DNA from: the human T2T-CHM13v2.0 reference genome, Homo sapiens
Direction: 5' to 3' (one strand)
Length of the DNA: 64,000 nt
NCBI RefSeq assembly: GCF_009914755.1
Contig: NC_060927.1
Below the pieces are notes generated by a model that was not told the origin of the DNA, did no database searches, and saw only the letters and a list, made by a program, of their open reading frames with translations. Below, in pieces: positions 1-13,234 of the stretch. A program made the position numbers and the translations under genes. Every line of letters begins with the position of its first letter. Position 1 is the stretch's first letter.

Positions 1-1769
1 TGTTGGATTTGACTGATCACAACAATCACATCGAGAGGATCAGTGTCTGATCATTCCATTTTGCGTCTTATGGGTACAGCCACAGAATTAGACTCATATT
101 TTTTAAAATTCAATTTTACCCAATTTTTCATCCCTGGTTCTCTTGTCTGACTGGCTTTTTGCTTTGTCTTTGATTAATGTGTCACAGAGAGGTGACTGAG
201 ACCATAAAGTTGCTGATAGTAGCATAGATAAGAACGGCAGCACATTCTGGGATTTAGGAAATGTGGGCATTTTTCTCCTTTCTGCCATTAATTGGCTCTA
301 TGAACAGGAATGAGCCTCTACATTAAGGAACAATTTGTAATCTGTGTTATTTCCTTCGTATGATAGAAATTAAAAGAAACCATATGTTAATAGAGTATAT
401 AAAAATAAAAATGCCCTACATGTGCAATTTGTTTCTGTAAAATTCCACTTCTATTAGTTAGACAATAAGTAACTAAAATGAGAGTCAAATAACCTTTCTT
501 AGGTGCATGTTGGTATATAAATATATTCTTCATTACCATCACAGAAACCAGGTTTGGAAAGAGCTTTAAATTATTTCAGTCCAACCACCATACTGTTGCT
601 TAGATACATTCAACAAAAATGGGTATTACATAACCAATGAAGATATTTGACCTTATATCCAGTCATAGTATTCTCAGGTGAGAGTATTTAATTATTATGC
701 ATAGTATGGTACATTAAGATAGAAGTTTTGGAATCATGGGAAATCGGAATATATGTGCAGTGAAGTTGTAGCTTACTTGAGGATTAGGTTGGAAAGTCAG
801 TGCTAAATTGCTTGTACTGTCTTTGACCAGTGCTCCCAAGATTTAACAGCCATAAAGTAACTTGTTTTGTTTCCCTGCATTTATGCTGTGAGTTACTGGG
901 GGTAAGATTTAACTTGGGGATGGGGGTTGAAGGTGATGAATTCTAGGTGGAAAATACAGAAATGGTTCCCCCATTTTGCTGGCTTCATCAAGTATAATTT
1001 GCTTATGTTAAATGTGTGTATTCTGGGACTCAATTGTACCTGCATTAATTTCTAATGCTATTAAAAAATACTAATTGTATCACCACAATCTGTTGCTCTC
1101 AGCCTCAGTAAGCACACTTGTCCATGTTTGCACACCCGCTCTGCCTCTCTGAGTTTTCTTTTATCCTGATCATTTTTGTAAGGCTTCAGCAAGTTCATTT
1201 TAATGTAGCATGACTGAACATTTTAACATCATGAACTTTGTCTTGCAGTTCTTCCAAATTAGTACTAGCTCTCTTTCCTTCTTTCTTGGTTCCCATTCAC
1301 CTTTAATTCTCAAGTCATGGTAGGGGTCATAGCACTGATGATGGGTATGTAAAGTCAGAGGACAGTTGGAAGAAGGAAACCAGTCAGCTTTCTTACATAG
1401 TGACAAAGCCTGGAGGTCTGCATAGTGATTTGGTATTTGTGGGAGGATCAAGTACTCTGAGCTGTGGTGCCATGCTTTATCATGCTTTCTAATTCATTTC
1501 CTGTTTACCTGCTACAAAATTCTGCCAGACTTCGATTTTAGCAGGCAAAAGTAATTCATTTCATGGATACCTTCATAAACTTTGGTAATTTCCAGATAAG
1601 AAGTCAAACCTTCAAGTTATTCATATACATAAACATGTATTAGTTTACATGCATATATACACACACACATGCATTATCATGAAGATTTTTATGTTCTTAT
1701 CTCCCGAAGTCAGCATTTGCTAGCTTACACTCTGTTAGCCATTGACTTTTGTGCTTCTCTTACAATAGT

Positions 1770-1990
1770 TATCAAGATGCCCCTGGAGTCTGAGTGTCTG
1801 AATTCATGTCCCAGTACTGCTGCTATTCCCTAGCTATGTGAGTGGGGGCTAATTATATAACCTTTCTGAAACTTCAGTCTTCCCATCTGTGAAATGGAGA
1901 TGACAGTCACATTGATCTCATAGGATTGTTGGGGGTGTCAAATGCTTAACACAGAACTGGCATTGTATAAACAATCATTAAATATGAGCT
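1770..1990 (+). mobile_element. MIR SINE, diverged
   Basis: MIR core-like CTTCAGTCTTCCCATCTGTGAAATGGAGATGA...CTCATAGGATTGTTG...ACAGAACTGGCA. Confidence 0.75.
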
Positions 1991-2209
1991 CTTTTTACTC
2001 TCTTTTTAATCTTTTTTTATCAGTTGTGTACTCATCTAATTATCTCTTTTAAACTGTAAACTTCTTAAGAACAAGGGTTTTGCCTTACCTAACTTTGTTT
2101 TCTAATGCCTGTTACCTTACACAGTTTCAGCACGTTGAAGTGAATGTGGGCTTTTTCGTCAGAAAGAGATGGTTTCAAATGCAAACTCAAATCTAGGTTC
2201 TGATACGTA

Positions 2210-2335
2210 AGAATGAGCCTCATTTATTAGAATAATGAAAATATCCAGATCATTAGTTATTATTAGGTTTGTACAGCATGAACTATGTGAGAAACTTAGC
2301 TTAGAACCTGGCACACAGTACACTTTTAGTGTGGT
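2210..2335 (+). mobile_element. MIR 3' fragment
   Basis: ...AACTTAGCTTAGAACCTGGCACACAGTAC resembles the MIR 3' end. Confidence 0.45.
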
Positions 2336-2437
2336 AGTCCCCTTATTGCTGCTACCTGAAAAAAAATTCACATAGTTTTAAAAATCATCAAAAATACTAG
2401 AAAGAAACTGTATAAGAATGTGGACTGATTACATATA

Positions 2438-2781
2438 CAGTCAGCCCTCCATATCCTTGGATTCTGCATCCACAAATGCAATGAACTGTGGTTCAAAAAT
2501 ATTGGGGAAAAAATTGGATAGCTGCATTTGTACTGAATGTGTACAGACATTTTTTTGTTATTCTTATTCCCTAAACAACACAGTATAAAAACTATTTCCT
2601 TAGTCTTTACATTATATTAGGTATTATAAATAATCTAGAGATGCTTTAAAGTATATGGGAGGGTGTGCATAGGTTATAGGCAAACACTACACTATTTTAC
2701 ATAAGGCACTTGAGCATCCTCGAATTTTGGTATCTGTGGGGGTCCTGGAACCAATCCCCTAAGGATACCAAGGGATGACTG
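2438..2781 (-). mobile_element. MER2 (TcMar-Tigger non-autonomous DNA transposon), full length
   Basis: TIRs CAGTCAGCCCTCCATATCC...GGATACCAAGGGATGACTG; TA duplication at 2436-2437 and 2782-2783; internal sequence matches recalled MER2. Confidence 0.9.
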
Positions 2782-3167
2782 TATTCTGCTAAAATCCTTT
2801 CTCATGCATATAGTAAAATTAGTTTCATTTTTAAAAGAATACAGAACTGTAGTGTTTTAGGGACTGCAATTTTTTTCAGTTGATGGATCAGATCAGAAAA
2901 TGGAGACCTAGGAAGCAGCACTAGTTTGCAAGAGAGGACACAAATCTTTAATGATGGTTCCTTCATGACATTTAAAAATATTCTTTGGCTTTCATTTCCT
3001 GCAATGGTAATGTCTAGCCAACATAAAAAGATTTCTGACTTACTTTATCTGCTCTCACATTGTTTTTATTCTTCTCTGTTTCTTTTCCTCATATCTAGGA
3101 CAGAAGATCTAGCTCATAATTTAATTTGGGCTTCAAATATCCCTGTGTGGTATATAGGGCAGGCATA

Positions 3168-3280
3168 ATTACAGCCAATTTTTAAATGAGAAATCGCTCC
3201 AGATTGGTTATGTTAATTGTCTAAGGTCATACAGCTGCAGTCACTGATAGGCAGGATGTGAGTCTAGTCTTTGTATTTTA
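3168..3280 (-). mobile_element. MIR core fragment
   Basis: TTTTAAATGAGAAA...TTGTCTAAGGTCATACAGCTG...GCAGGATGTGAGTCTAG. Confidence 0.55.
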
Positions 3281-4080
3281 GATTAAGGGTTCCTTCTTTC
3301 ACATTAGGTTGGTGGTGACCTTCAAGACTGCTTGGTCCAGGACGTTTTGCAATGGGTAGTTTTTAACTTGGGATGAAAAGTATTTTTCTTCCCATCAACT
3401 ATTCAGTCAGTTGACAAGTGTCAACTGTGTCCTAAGCCTAACTATGCTTTAATTACACTAGGAGATGAGAATGATTCAAACCTCAAACCCAATATGACAA
3501 AAGAAGAAAAATCTTTATGTATAGGAAACATATTAACAAAATAATATGCTATGCTAATAAAGTTAAAGTAAAAGCCTTTGTATGGTAGACATTATGTCCA
3601 CTTGGTTACTTCTTGGGATTCCTAACACAGTGTTCAATATTTGCTTAGGAAAAGCATGTTTGCAAAGATAAACCCAATTTGAAAAGTACACATCTTATAT
3701 TAAAGGTCAGTCTATAAAGATACCATTCATTGGGGTAAGATATGGGACATATAGGGGGTTTGATCTCCAAGTATATTTTGAGGTCATTTATGGTAAAATA
3801 AACATCTCAGTTTTTGTTTTTATTTTTGACCTCTTCCCATAATGCTGAATATAAGTTCTCATACAGAGAAAATACTGAGAAAATATTATTCACTGACTCA
3901 CTGAAGCTAAACCTTATTGAGCACAAACACCATCCAGTTTCTTGGAGGGGCTGGAGTCAATAATTCATCTCCTTATAGACAGAAGTGAAAAGCAACTCAG
4001 CACAGCTGCCTGCTTCTGGTCTGTATGGTGATTGATAGGGGATAAAGTAGGCAAGGAGTGCTTTAAGGATTTCTTGCAGC

Positions 4081-4175
4081 CAGGGCTCTTAACCTGAAGT
4101 TCATGGATAACTTGGGGCTACAGTGATAAACTTTATAGGATCTGCAAACCACTGCTAATAGTATGCAAATGTTCC
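4081..4175 (+). mobile_element. hAT-Charlie MITE 5' fragment (MER103/Charlie18-like)
   Basis: begins CAGGGCTCTTAACCTGAAGTTCATGGA, a Charlie-type terminus. Confidence 0.4.
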
Positions 4176-4912
4176 TGCACAACTTCATATATACTCCCTA
4201 ACTGAAACATATAAAAACAGCCCCTCAAAAATAATCCTCGGTATGTACCACCAATGTGACTAACTCAAGAAATGAAATACCACAAATCGCAAGAGAATTG
4301 TGTAGCCCACTGCATCTTTTACAGAATCAGAGCAAATAGCCAGAAGGTTGAAGCAATGCTGTTGTAACTTCACTTTCCCAACCTTTGTGGACTATGAGTA
4401 GGATAGAGTATTAGATAATGTGATCCAGCGATATATTTCAGTGGATGACATAAAGATGACCAAGATTATATTGCCTCCTCCTGGTAGGTGTCCAAAAATA
4501 TCCCACTATATCACCAAAAGTGATACCCATGAAAAATGTGGAATGAACACTGAAATATAAGGAATGCTAAAGTTCTGGGAGATCTGAGAATTTTAGGGTA
4601 AAATAAATTAGGTATGTTAGGAGCAGAATATGTCATCAGAGAATAGATTGGAGTGGATAATGGTATCATGGTCATTATGGTAGCCATTTATTAAATGTTA
4701 GACTTTTTCATGTCCCAGAAGATATAGGTTTATTTCCAAAAGCCAACTCTACTTCTGTAGTGTACCCTCTGGTAGGCTCAAAGTTTATTATCTGCCCCAT
4801 CATATTTTCTTCTTTCCTCACTGTTGGATTCTCTTTTCATTTTTGTGAACCTCTTACATTGTAAGTTCCACAAAATATATTTATTTCAGCATCTCCTGTA
4901 CATATATGTGTG

Positions 4913-4932
4913 TATATATATATATATATATA
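4913..4932. repeat. (TA)10 microsatellite
   Basis: seen directly. Confidence 0.9.
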
Positions 4933-5368
4933 AAAATAATTTTCCTACATACAAACATCTGTGCTGAAAAGAGAATGATAAGAGAAAAAGAAGCTTCTGG
5001 GCTATATGTCACTAGATATCTCTTTTCTGCAGAGATTTGAAACCTACAAATCTCTTTTGTATTTTTTCGTTGTCCCTTTTAAATGCATGCGATTTATAGT
5101 GAAATTTGCAGAGGTGAATTGGCATCACAGAATACAGTGAACTGTAAATGCCATGGTTTTATTATAAGCAGGATAAGTGATGTTTGCTATTTTGGCAAAA
5201 TTTTCTTCATTTCTATTCTGGAAAGATAATAGTTGTCAGTTACTTGGAACGCATTTTCTTGTTAGTGGATTCTACTTAAAATTTATATTGAATTTCTGAA
5301 GAGGAAAGATGCAGATTTCACTGGCTTGAGACTAAGTGTGTAGAGAAAGTACAGAAATGCCAACTCTT

Positions 5369-5402
5369 GATGATTGCCAATTCTGGATGATTGCCAATTC
5401 TG
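5369..5402. repeat. perfect 17-bp tandem duplication (GATGATTGCCAATTCTG)x2
   Basis: seen directly. Confidence 0.9.
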
Positions 5403-6589
5403 AGAGGCCATTGATTGTGCTTTCTCTAGATTTGGCATCATTTTTTTTCTAAAGATGAGATTCTACAGGCCATAGGGATTACTGTAAAAGGAGTTTACTG
5501 TTTTACTTGTAGATGCAAAAATGAAGAGAATTATCTAAGTTATCAAGCTGAGAATAGTCTTTTAAACAACTATATTAGTTTATGCACGCACTTCCTATTG
5601 CTGTAATTAGAGGTGAGAATCATCTCCTTAAAAATGAGCTTGTTCAACCCCATAATCACTAGTGTCCTTGAAAGATAAAAAGAAAATGCAATAATACATG
5701 ATCACAGTTGAGTTTTTTGGAATTTGTCATGTTTTGAAGTTAACTGTGTGAGAATTAAAATTTATATAGGAGGTTAAAGTTCAACCTTAGTTAAAATATA
5801 AACATTTCTCTCTTTGACAGATTTAAAAATAAATAGGCAGGTTATACATATAAAATAAAAAAACCTTATACATGTAATAGAGCACCTGAGCTATTATGGA
5901 TGATAAGACAAACTTTGTGGTTTTATTACACTTAATAAAAGTAGCTGATTATAGTTTGATGCGTGTTTCTAAATTAGTGATGAAGGAATTCAATTAGTGC
6001 AAAGGTTTCAATTATATGACTTTGAATTTCATATATTCCAAGTTTTAATTAGATTCAAGTCTGTTGATGTTTTTAAAATGACAGATCCCTTAGTTCAAAT
6101 CTGTAGGGTTATAGAAATTCTAACATCAAATAAGTGAACTTCATCCTAGGCCTGATGAAAGAGAAATAACAATTATTAAATCCCCAAATGATACTAAACT
6201 GGGTAATCTTAGCTCTTTATCAAGCATACTGACATTTATGATAGGAAATGAATAGCTGACTGGGCCCTTGCTACATTGGAAAAGAAAAGGTTTTGGTTTG
6301 AATCATTTAGGTCCAATGTATTGTGCTTTTAAAATGTATCACCAATTAAAATGTCCTCTATTGCTTGAAAACTGCTAGAGGCATTTCATCTTAATGTCCA
6401 TATAGTTTCTAGTAAACTGTGTTCATTTAGTCAAAGTCTAGGAGAAGTGAATGTGTTTTGCTGGTTGCTTATTTTATACTCTTTTCTCAACAGATCTAAT
6501 TTCTATATTGAAATAGTACACATGCCTTGCGAGATTTTAAGCCTCATTTTATATCTGGTGTGCCCAGTCATTGTGCAGGCTTTCTATAC

Positions 6590-6647
6590 CTTTGTTTCCT
6601 CTTCTTTCTCTCTTCTTCCTTCTTCCTTCTTTCCTTCCTTTCTTTTC
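6590..6647. repeat. TC-rich low-complexity tract
   Basis: seen directly. Confidence 0.75.
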
Positions 6648-6915
6648 AGTTTAAATCAGAGGAACGCAATGGATGCATGCTTTGTTTCTATGGTTATTTG
6701 TAATATTAGGTCTGAGACTTGGTTTTTAGAGCCAAAATTTTTGTGAACATTTTTACAATGATAAAACTCTAAACATTGACTCACTCTCATAGGCTTCTTA
6801 GCCAGGGCAACAATCTATCAGAATAAGATGTTGAGATAGAAATGGGATGATTGTTGCAGATGACTTCTTTATTCCCCCTATTAAAAGCAGAACATATTTG
6901 ATTCATTACTTTTTA

Positions 6916-7233
6916 ATTTATATATTTACTTATTTTGAGACAGGGTCTCAATCTGTCACCCAGGCTGGAACAGAGTGGTATGATCATAGCTCATTGCAGC
7001 CTCCAACCTCGATCCTCCCATCTCAGATGATCCTCTCACCTCAGCCTCTCATGTAGCTGGGGCTACAGGCATGTGCCACCACATCCAGCTAATCGTTTTA
7101 TTTTTTTAATTTTTGTAGGGACGTCACCTTGCTGTGTTGAACAGGCTAGTCTCAAACTCCTGGCCTCAAGCGATCTTCCCTCCTTGGCCACCCAAAATGT
7201 TGGGATTGCAGACATGAGTCACTGTGCCCAACC
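6916..7233 (-). mobile_element. AluJ
   Basis: antisense dimeric Alu with J-type ATCATAGCTCATTGCAGCCTC and CCTGGCCTCAAGCGATC; degenerate TSD TGATTCATTACTTTTT/TGATTTGTTACCTTTTT. Confidence 0.9.
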
Positions 7234-7489
7234 TGATTTGTTACCTTTTTAAATGATGCAATCCTATACTATTTAATTTGTTAAATGTGTTAAAAATAAT
7301 TCAGAATAATCTAAATATTCAGTTGTAATATTTACTCACAAAAGATAGATGGGGGATTTCTGAAAAGCTGACAGTTTTGCAGGTGACATAAACAAGCCCT
7401 AATGCAATGAGAGATGGTTGTTGTTGGTGGACAGCAATCAAGCCTAATACTTAGCACTTTCACTTCCTCGAAGACCTGATGTTTCCCTC

Positions 7490-7926
7490 CTTGCTTTTTA
7501 ACCTTCAAGCATATGACTTCTTTGCTCTCCTAAATCTTTCCTTAGGATCTTCATCAACAATTCTTTCTGCATGGAATGTTCTTCCCAAGAATATCCAGTG
7601 TTAACTTCCTCCCCTCCTTCTGTCCTGCCCTTAACCACCTACCCTGACCATCTGTTTAGCACTAAAACATGTATTTCCACACCAATCACAACTCCTGTTT
7701 TCCTTCACTCTGATTGACTTTTTCTTTGATCTATTGTGCTTATCATTTTAAACACTAGATGATATATTTTCTATATTTATCACATATTTCTAAACTTCCA
7801 TGCTAAAGGGTAACCCCCATAAGGACAGGAATATTTGTCTGTAGTGTTCCCTGATATATTTTAATCACCTAGGACAGTGTCTGGGACACAGTAGGAGCTA
7901 AATAAATATTTGTTCAATAAATGAAT
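7490..7926 (+). mobile_element. L2a 3' end
   Basis: ends ...CACCTAGGACAGTGTCTGGGACACAGTAGGAGCTAAATAAATATTTGTTCAATAAATGAAT. Confidence 0.8.
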
Positions 7927-8492
7927 CATTTTATATGACAGATTTGATCCTTTAGATTTACTATAATTGCAAAGCCATGAAATAAAAGGTACCAAAATAT
8001 TCTTTATCTTTAAAAGGTAGGTTTAAAGCACAGGCTTCAGCAAATGGGACAAAATAATTACTGAGAACTACAGAGTAGTAAGCAAAAATATGATGTGATA
8101 GCTCATTTTGCATTGTTAGCCCCAACTCACACAAAGATTCAGAATACTTGATTCATCTTTTAGAAAGAATACTATTATAGAGTTATATTTGTTGAAATAA
8201 AACCATTCTAACATTTCAACACCAGTACAAGCATAGATCACAGAAAATTTTTGGAGCAGAAGCAGGTATGCTGTGAAAGTTTTGTAATTACATACATCTG
8301 AAATACATGGTACATTGTGAGTCTTTAAAGACTAATGGAAATGTTTCACCCAGAGTAAAAAATAACTTTTGTTTTCTATATTGTGGTGTTTTTCTTCTAA
8401 ATTATGAATGCTATTATAAAACAAAACTTAAAAAATTTAATCTTACAGCTGTAAAACTATTTTATCTCTTTTACATTGTGTCCCAGTTTGTT

Positions 8493-8559
8493 TTTTAACT
8501 AATTAATTATTTATTTTTATTTTCAGTAGGTTTTTGGGGAACAGGTGGTGTTTGGTTAC
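8493..8559 (-). mobile_element. very short L1 3' terminal fragment (L1PB-like)
   Basis: T-rich tail followed by TAGGTTTTTGGGGAACAGGTGGTGTTTGGTTAC. Confidence 0.7.
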
Positions 8560-10299
8560 TGTCTCCTAGTTTATATTCAAATGAAATCTGAAAAAAAATT
8601 GGTTAACTTTTACCCTGAAAAATAAAGCAAGTTTATAGATTGATATCTTTTGAGACATAGCCATTTTCACATAAACATACAATTAATAAGTATTGACTCA
8701 ATTAATGCACCTTTTACAGGCACTACATTTGCTGATTAAGAAAAGGATACTAAATAGCTATTGACTTAGAGGAAATGTTCAATAGCAGTCTCAAATTCAC
8801 CTTATGAAGGAAAGAAATTATTTTCTTTGAAGAGTGGGAGAGATTTAATTAAACATGAAATAAGGAAAAGGTTACTCTCTAATAAAATTTAAATGGTCAA
8901 AAAATAAGTACAAAGAAGTCCATGACACTATTTTTTTTTCAAATTCACACTTCATTTGCATCATACAAAGCAGATATGTCATGTACTCCCCCAAAGTGGA
9001 TAACGGAAGTATGTGTATAATATAAAAGAACATCTGTTAGTACGTCTCTCCTGAAAAAATGGGAAGGGCAAAAGCTTACTTCTTTCAGAATTAATTTGAT
9101 AATGAGAGCTCTCTCTGAAACCTCAGATGGCTCAACACAGAAGAGTACAGAATGGCAAAGCATAGAGGGAATTTCAATGTAAATTAATAGGTTGATGGTA
9201 ATAAGAAGGTGCAGAACAAATTCCTCCTTCAATAATTGCTAATATAATCATAATGTAGTAAGACAATATGGGAACACATACAAGCAAACAAAAGGACTTG
9301 TTCGTTTATTATTAGTTATATCAGGTATGAGATATAGTGGTAAACTGGAGGATGAGAGAAAGCTCAGTTGTTTTCTTTTCATCATCCTTCTGCTGAGGGA
9401 ATTGCTCTATTTCCAAAAATGAGTTCTTAAAAAAAGAAAACTACAGCATGTACTTTGAAATCAGGTGCAATTATACTATTAGCAATTGAAACCTTCTCCA
9501 AATTAGGAAAGGCTTAATTTAAACTTCTTAAGTCGAAGGGAATTGGATTGATTGTTTGCTAGCAACTAGTCTGCATTTACTGAGATGGTCAATTCTTCAT
9601 TCCTGTAAACCTAATCTCCAATTCAGCATCATCAGGGAACATCTGTAGAAAGCTTCTGGCTTAAAATTATTTTTGTGTCTAATTTAAATAAGGCCTAATG
9701 AGAATCTAAAAATTGCACTGAGTTCCCTAGTATGGTGATTGGAATTCAGGTAGTTTCATTGACAGAGATTTTTTTTCATAAATATTCTTTATTGTCATAT
9801 ATAATTATCTCAAAGTAGCTAACAAATGTCATTTCAGGACAATGGCAGGCAATAAGTAGAGGGAATCAAAACAGCATGTTTTTACTTCGTGGGTTGTTAT
9901 TTATTCATAAGCTGTTCAAAGTCCCACTTTTCAACTAATTGTAAAGAAAAAAGTACCCATAAAATCACATTAAGATATCAGTGACTAATATTGTATTTAA
10001 AATTTTGTATTACCTTTTCCAAGTTTTTTTGCATATCTTCAAACAGGATGTCAGGCAGTGGATATATTTTTATTTAAACAAAGTGTCTCTAGGTAGAAGA
10101 AGAAATAGGAAACACATTTGGATGAATGCTGTCTTTCAAATACTATCCCACAGAACAATTTCTATTATGCCTATAAGGAGTGTCTTGCCTGCAGGTTAAA
10201 ATGAAACTTCTCAGTGGCTTCTGGCTCTGGATAACATAGCGTAAGAACACTCCACCCTGTCTGTCCTATTGAAAGCAACTACAAAACCTGGGGAACAGG

Positions 10300-10624
10300 T
10301 GCTATGGTTCGAATGTTTGTCCTTTCCAAAACTCATGGTGAGATTTGATTGTCACTGTGGTGGGGAGAGAAGGTCAGACCTTTGGGAGGTAGTAGATTGA
10401 GATGGGATTAATGCCATTGTGAAAGGGCAAATTTGGCCCCCTTTTGCTCTTTGCCCTTCCACCCTTTGCCATGTGATGATGCTGCGAGAAGACCCCCACC
10501 AGATGCCATCAACTTGATCTTAAAACTTACCAGCCTCCAGAACAGAGAAAAAATAAATTTCTCTTCATTATATATTACCCAATATCAGGTATTCTGTTAT
10601 AGCAGCACAAAATGGACTAAGACA
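10300..10624 (+). mobile_element. MaLR solo LTR (MST family)
   Basis: TGCTATGGTTCGAATG...GGACTAAGACA; perfect 5-bp TSD ACAGG at 10295-10299 and 10625-10629. Confidence 0.88.
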
Positions 10625-10866
10625 ACAGGTTTGGACCAGCTACTTGAGGACTCTAAAAAGTAAATATATGGACAATAGCCAACAGGTGGATGCAATCCAA
10701 ATGTTCTTTGATGATGAATGAATATATAAAATATGGTACATACATGCAAGGAATATAATTAGGACACAACCAACAACATGGATGAACCTTGAGGACATTA
10801 TGCTAAGTGAAACCAACCAGTCACAAAAAGACTAATATGAATAATTCCACTTATATGAGATACCTA

Positions 10867-11375
10867 AAAAATTGTGCTCCAAAGAATTAAGGAAACCCAT
10901 GACTAACAGAAATTGTCAAGTTTGCAGGATGGCAAATAAGAAGAAAAGAAACAACTTGCTGAAAAGCTGAAACTCCTTTCACTTCTATGATAACAAAATT
11001 GGCTGAAATTTATTGGAGCCAATATAGCTCACCAGAGTTTGCATTGAATGAACTCGCTGACATCACAGCCTGAATTTCCACTACATGTTTCATACTGACT
11101 CTCTCAAATTTTCACATGGGACCCATGTATGGCTAAGGACTTTCCAGACCTTCCCTTTCCTTCCATAAATCACCTGCTAATCCCAGAATTCACCACCTAA
11201 ACTTTTTTCTAATAAATGGACTGCCTTAAAGTCAGCACAGGAACACAGACTTGGTCAGGACTCCTGTCTCCTTGTTGGTCAACCTGCAATAAAATGCTTT
11301 TCCTTTCCTCAAAACCCAGTGCCATAATGTTGGTTTCTAGCACATTGGGCAGTGAGCCTTTTTTGCTTGGTAACA
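10867..11375 (+). mobile_element. ERV1 solo LTR (MER67-like)
   Basis: has AATAAA and ends ...GCTTGGTAACA; 4-bp TSD CCTA at 10863-10866 and 11376-11379; splits the L1MB sequence GATACCTAGAGTAG. Confidence 0.7.
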
Positions 11376-11581
11376 CCTAGAGTAGTCACGCTCTTAGGGA
11401 CAGAAAGTAGAAGGGTAGTTGCCAGGGGGTGGGAAGAATGAAGAATAGCAAGTTGTTTAATGGGTATAGCACTTCAGTTTTGCAAGATGAAAAGAGTTCT
11501 GGAGATGGATAGTGGTGGTAGCACAACAATGTTAATGCACTTAATACTACTGAATTTTTTTACTTAAAATATTTAAGATGG

Positions 11582-11952
11582 TATTACGGACTGAATTGTG
11601 TCCCCCCTCCCAAGTTCATATATTGAAATTCTAACCCCTATTACCTTAGAATGTGACTGTATTTGGAGTTAAGAACTTTGAAGAGGTAATTAAGTTTAAA
11701 TAAGATCATAAAGGTGGAACTTATAAGAAGGAGGAAGAGACAGCAGGGATGTGCACATAGATAAAAGGCTATGTGGGGAAATAACAAAAAGATGTCTGCT
11801 TTCAACAACGCAGGGAGGCCTCAGGAGAAACTAGACCCACTGTCACCTTAAGCTTTCACTTCCAGCCTTCAGAACTTGAGAAAATAAATTGCTGCTATTG
11901 AAGCCAGCTGGTCTGAGGAATTTTTTGATGGCAGCTGTAGCAGGCAAACAGG
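11582..11952 (+). mobile_element. MLT1B-like MaLR solo LTR
   Basis: GGACTGAATTGTGTCCCCCC...TAGAATGTGACTGTATTTGGAG...GCCTCAGGAGAAAC...AATAAATT. Confidence 0.82.
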
Positions 11953-13234
11953 AATGCTACATTGTATATTAAGTTTATTTTACTACAATTAAAAAATATA
12001 AATAGTACCAGGTGGACTGAGAAAGAAGACTTAGGATGTATGGCGAGGTTACCATTTTTCCCCCTCTGGTTTTCCGTTCACCTCAACTCAGTGAAACTCA
12101 GCATAAAATCAACATTGATGTAGACAGAGAAAGGTCCAGGAGAAGTTCCCACTACTCAGGTCCCAGACTGACTGCTTGGAGAGGCACACATGAGGCAGAT
12201 TCAAATAGCACAGTAGAGTCTTGGAAAACGTAACAGCTCCTGGAACCACATTCTACAGAGGGCTCATTGGAACTTGCAGGATGAGGCCAGCCCAGTGGAT
12301 TACTTGCCAAAACAAAAATATACACATTTTCCCTCAGATTTACACAATATCCCCAGAGTTCCATAATGTAATATTCAAAATGTCTAGAATATAATTCAGT
12401 ATTATGTGCCATATAAAGAACACAAACAAATTTAAATTCACTTGGAAAAAGTAAATAAATGTGTTAATCATAACATAATACATTGTTGGAATTAACCTGA
12501 TGAAGACTTCAAAGCAGCTACTATAAAAATGCTCTAACAAGTTAAGGATGAAGAGTTTTAAAACAAATGGAAAGAGAGAAAGTTTCAGCAAGGAAATATA
12601 AGATATAAAGAAGAACCAAATAGAAATTTTAGAACTAAAAACATATAATAACAACAAATTCACTAGATAGAGTCAATAACAGAATATAAATGATGGAGAA
12701 AAAAGTCATTGAACCTTAAGATAGATCAGTAGAAATGATTTAACTTGAATAACAAAGAGAAAGACATACGATTTTTTTTTTGAACTGACCCTCACTCACA
12801 GACCTATGGAACAATATCAAAGAGTCTAATGTACATGCCATTGCAGTTGCAGAAGGAGATTAAAAAGCATGCGGTGTGGGAAAAAAACTGAAGTAATAAT
12901 AAGACTAAAAACTTCACAAATTTGGTGACATAAATCTTTCAGAAGCTCAAGCAACCATCAAACGTGATAACTCTTCTAAGTCCTCTTTTAAACACATCAA
13001 AATCAAACTATTTAAAACTATATATATATGTGTGTATATATATATACAAATTATCAATATCGGGAAAAAGAAAATATCCCTACAGACATAAAAAATGATA
13101 ATAAAATATATATATACACACATATATATATATAATTGAGAGCAAAGAGAGATACATGACATATTACAGCAGAACAATTTGAATGACTGTTGAGTTATCA
13201 TAAAAAAGACTCTGGAGGCATAACATTTTAAAAG

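Larger units (their letters stand above)
10668..11997 (+). mobile_element. L1MB-type 3' end in three pieces (10668-10866, 11376-11581, about 11955-11997)
   Basis: ATGGATGAACCTTGAGGACATTATGCTAAGTGAAA...TTCAGTTTTGCAAGATGAAAAGAGTTCTGGAGATGG...TTTTACTACAATTAAAAAA. Confidence 0.8.
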
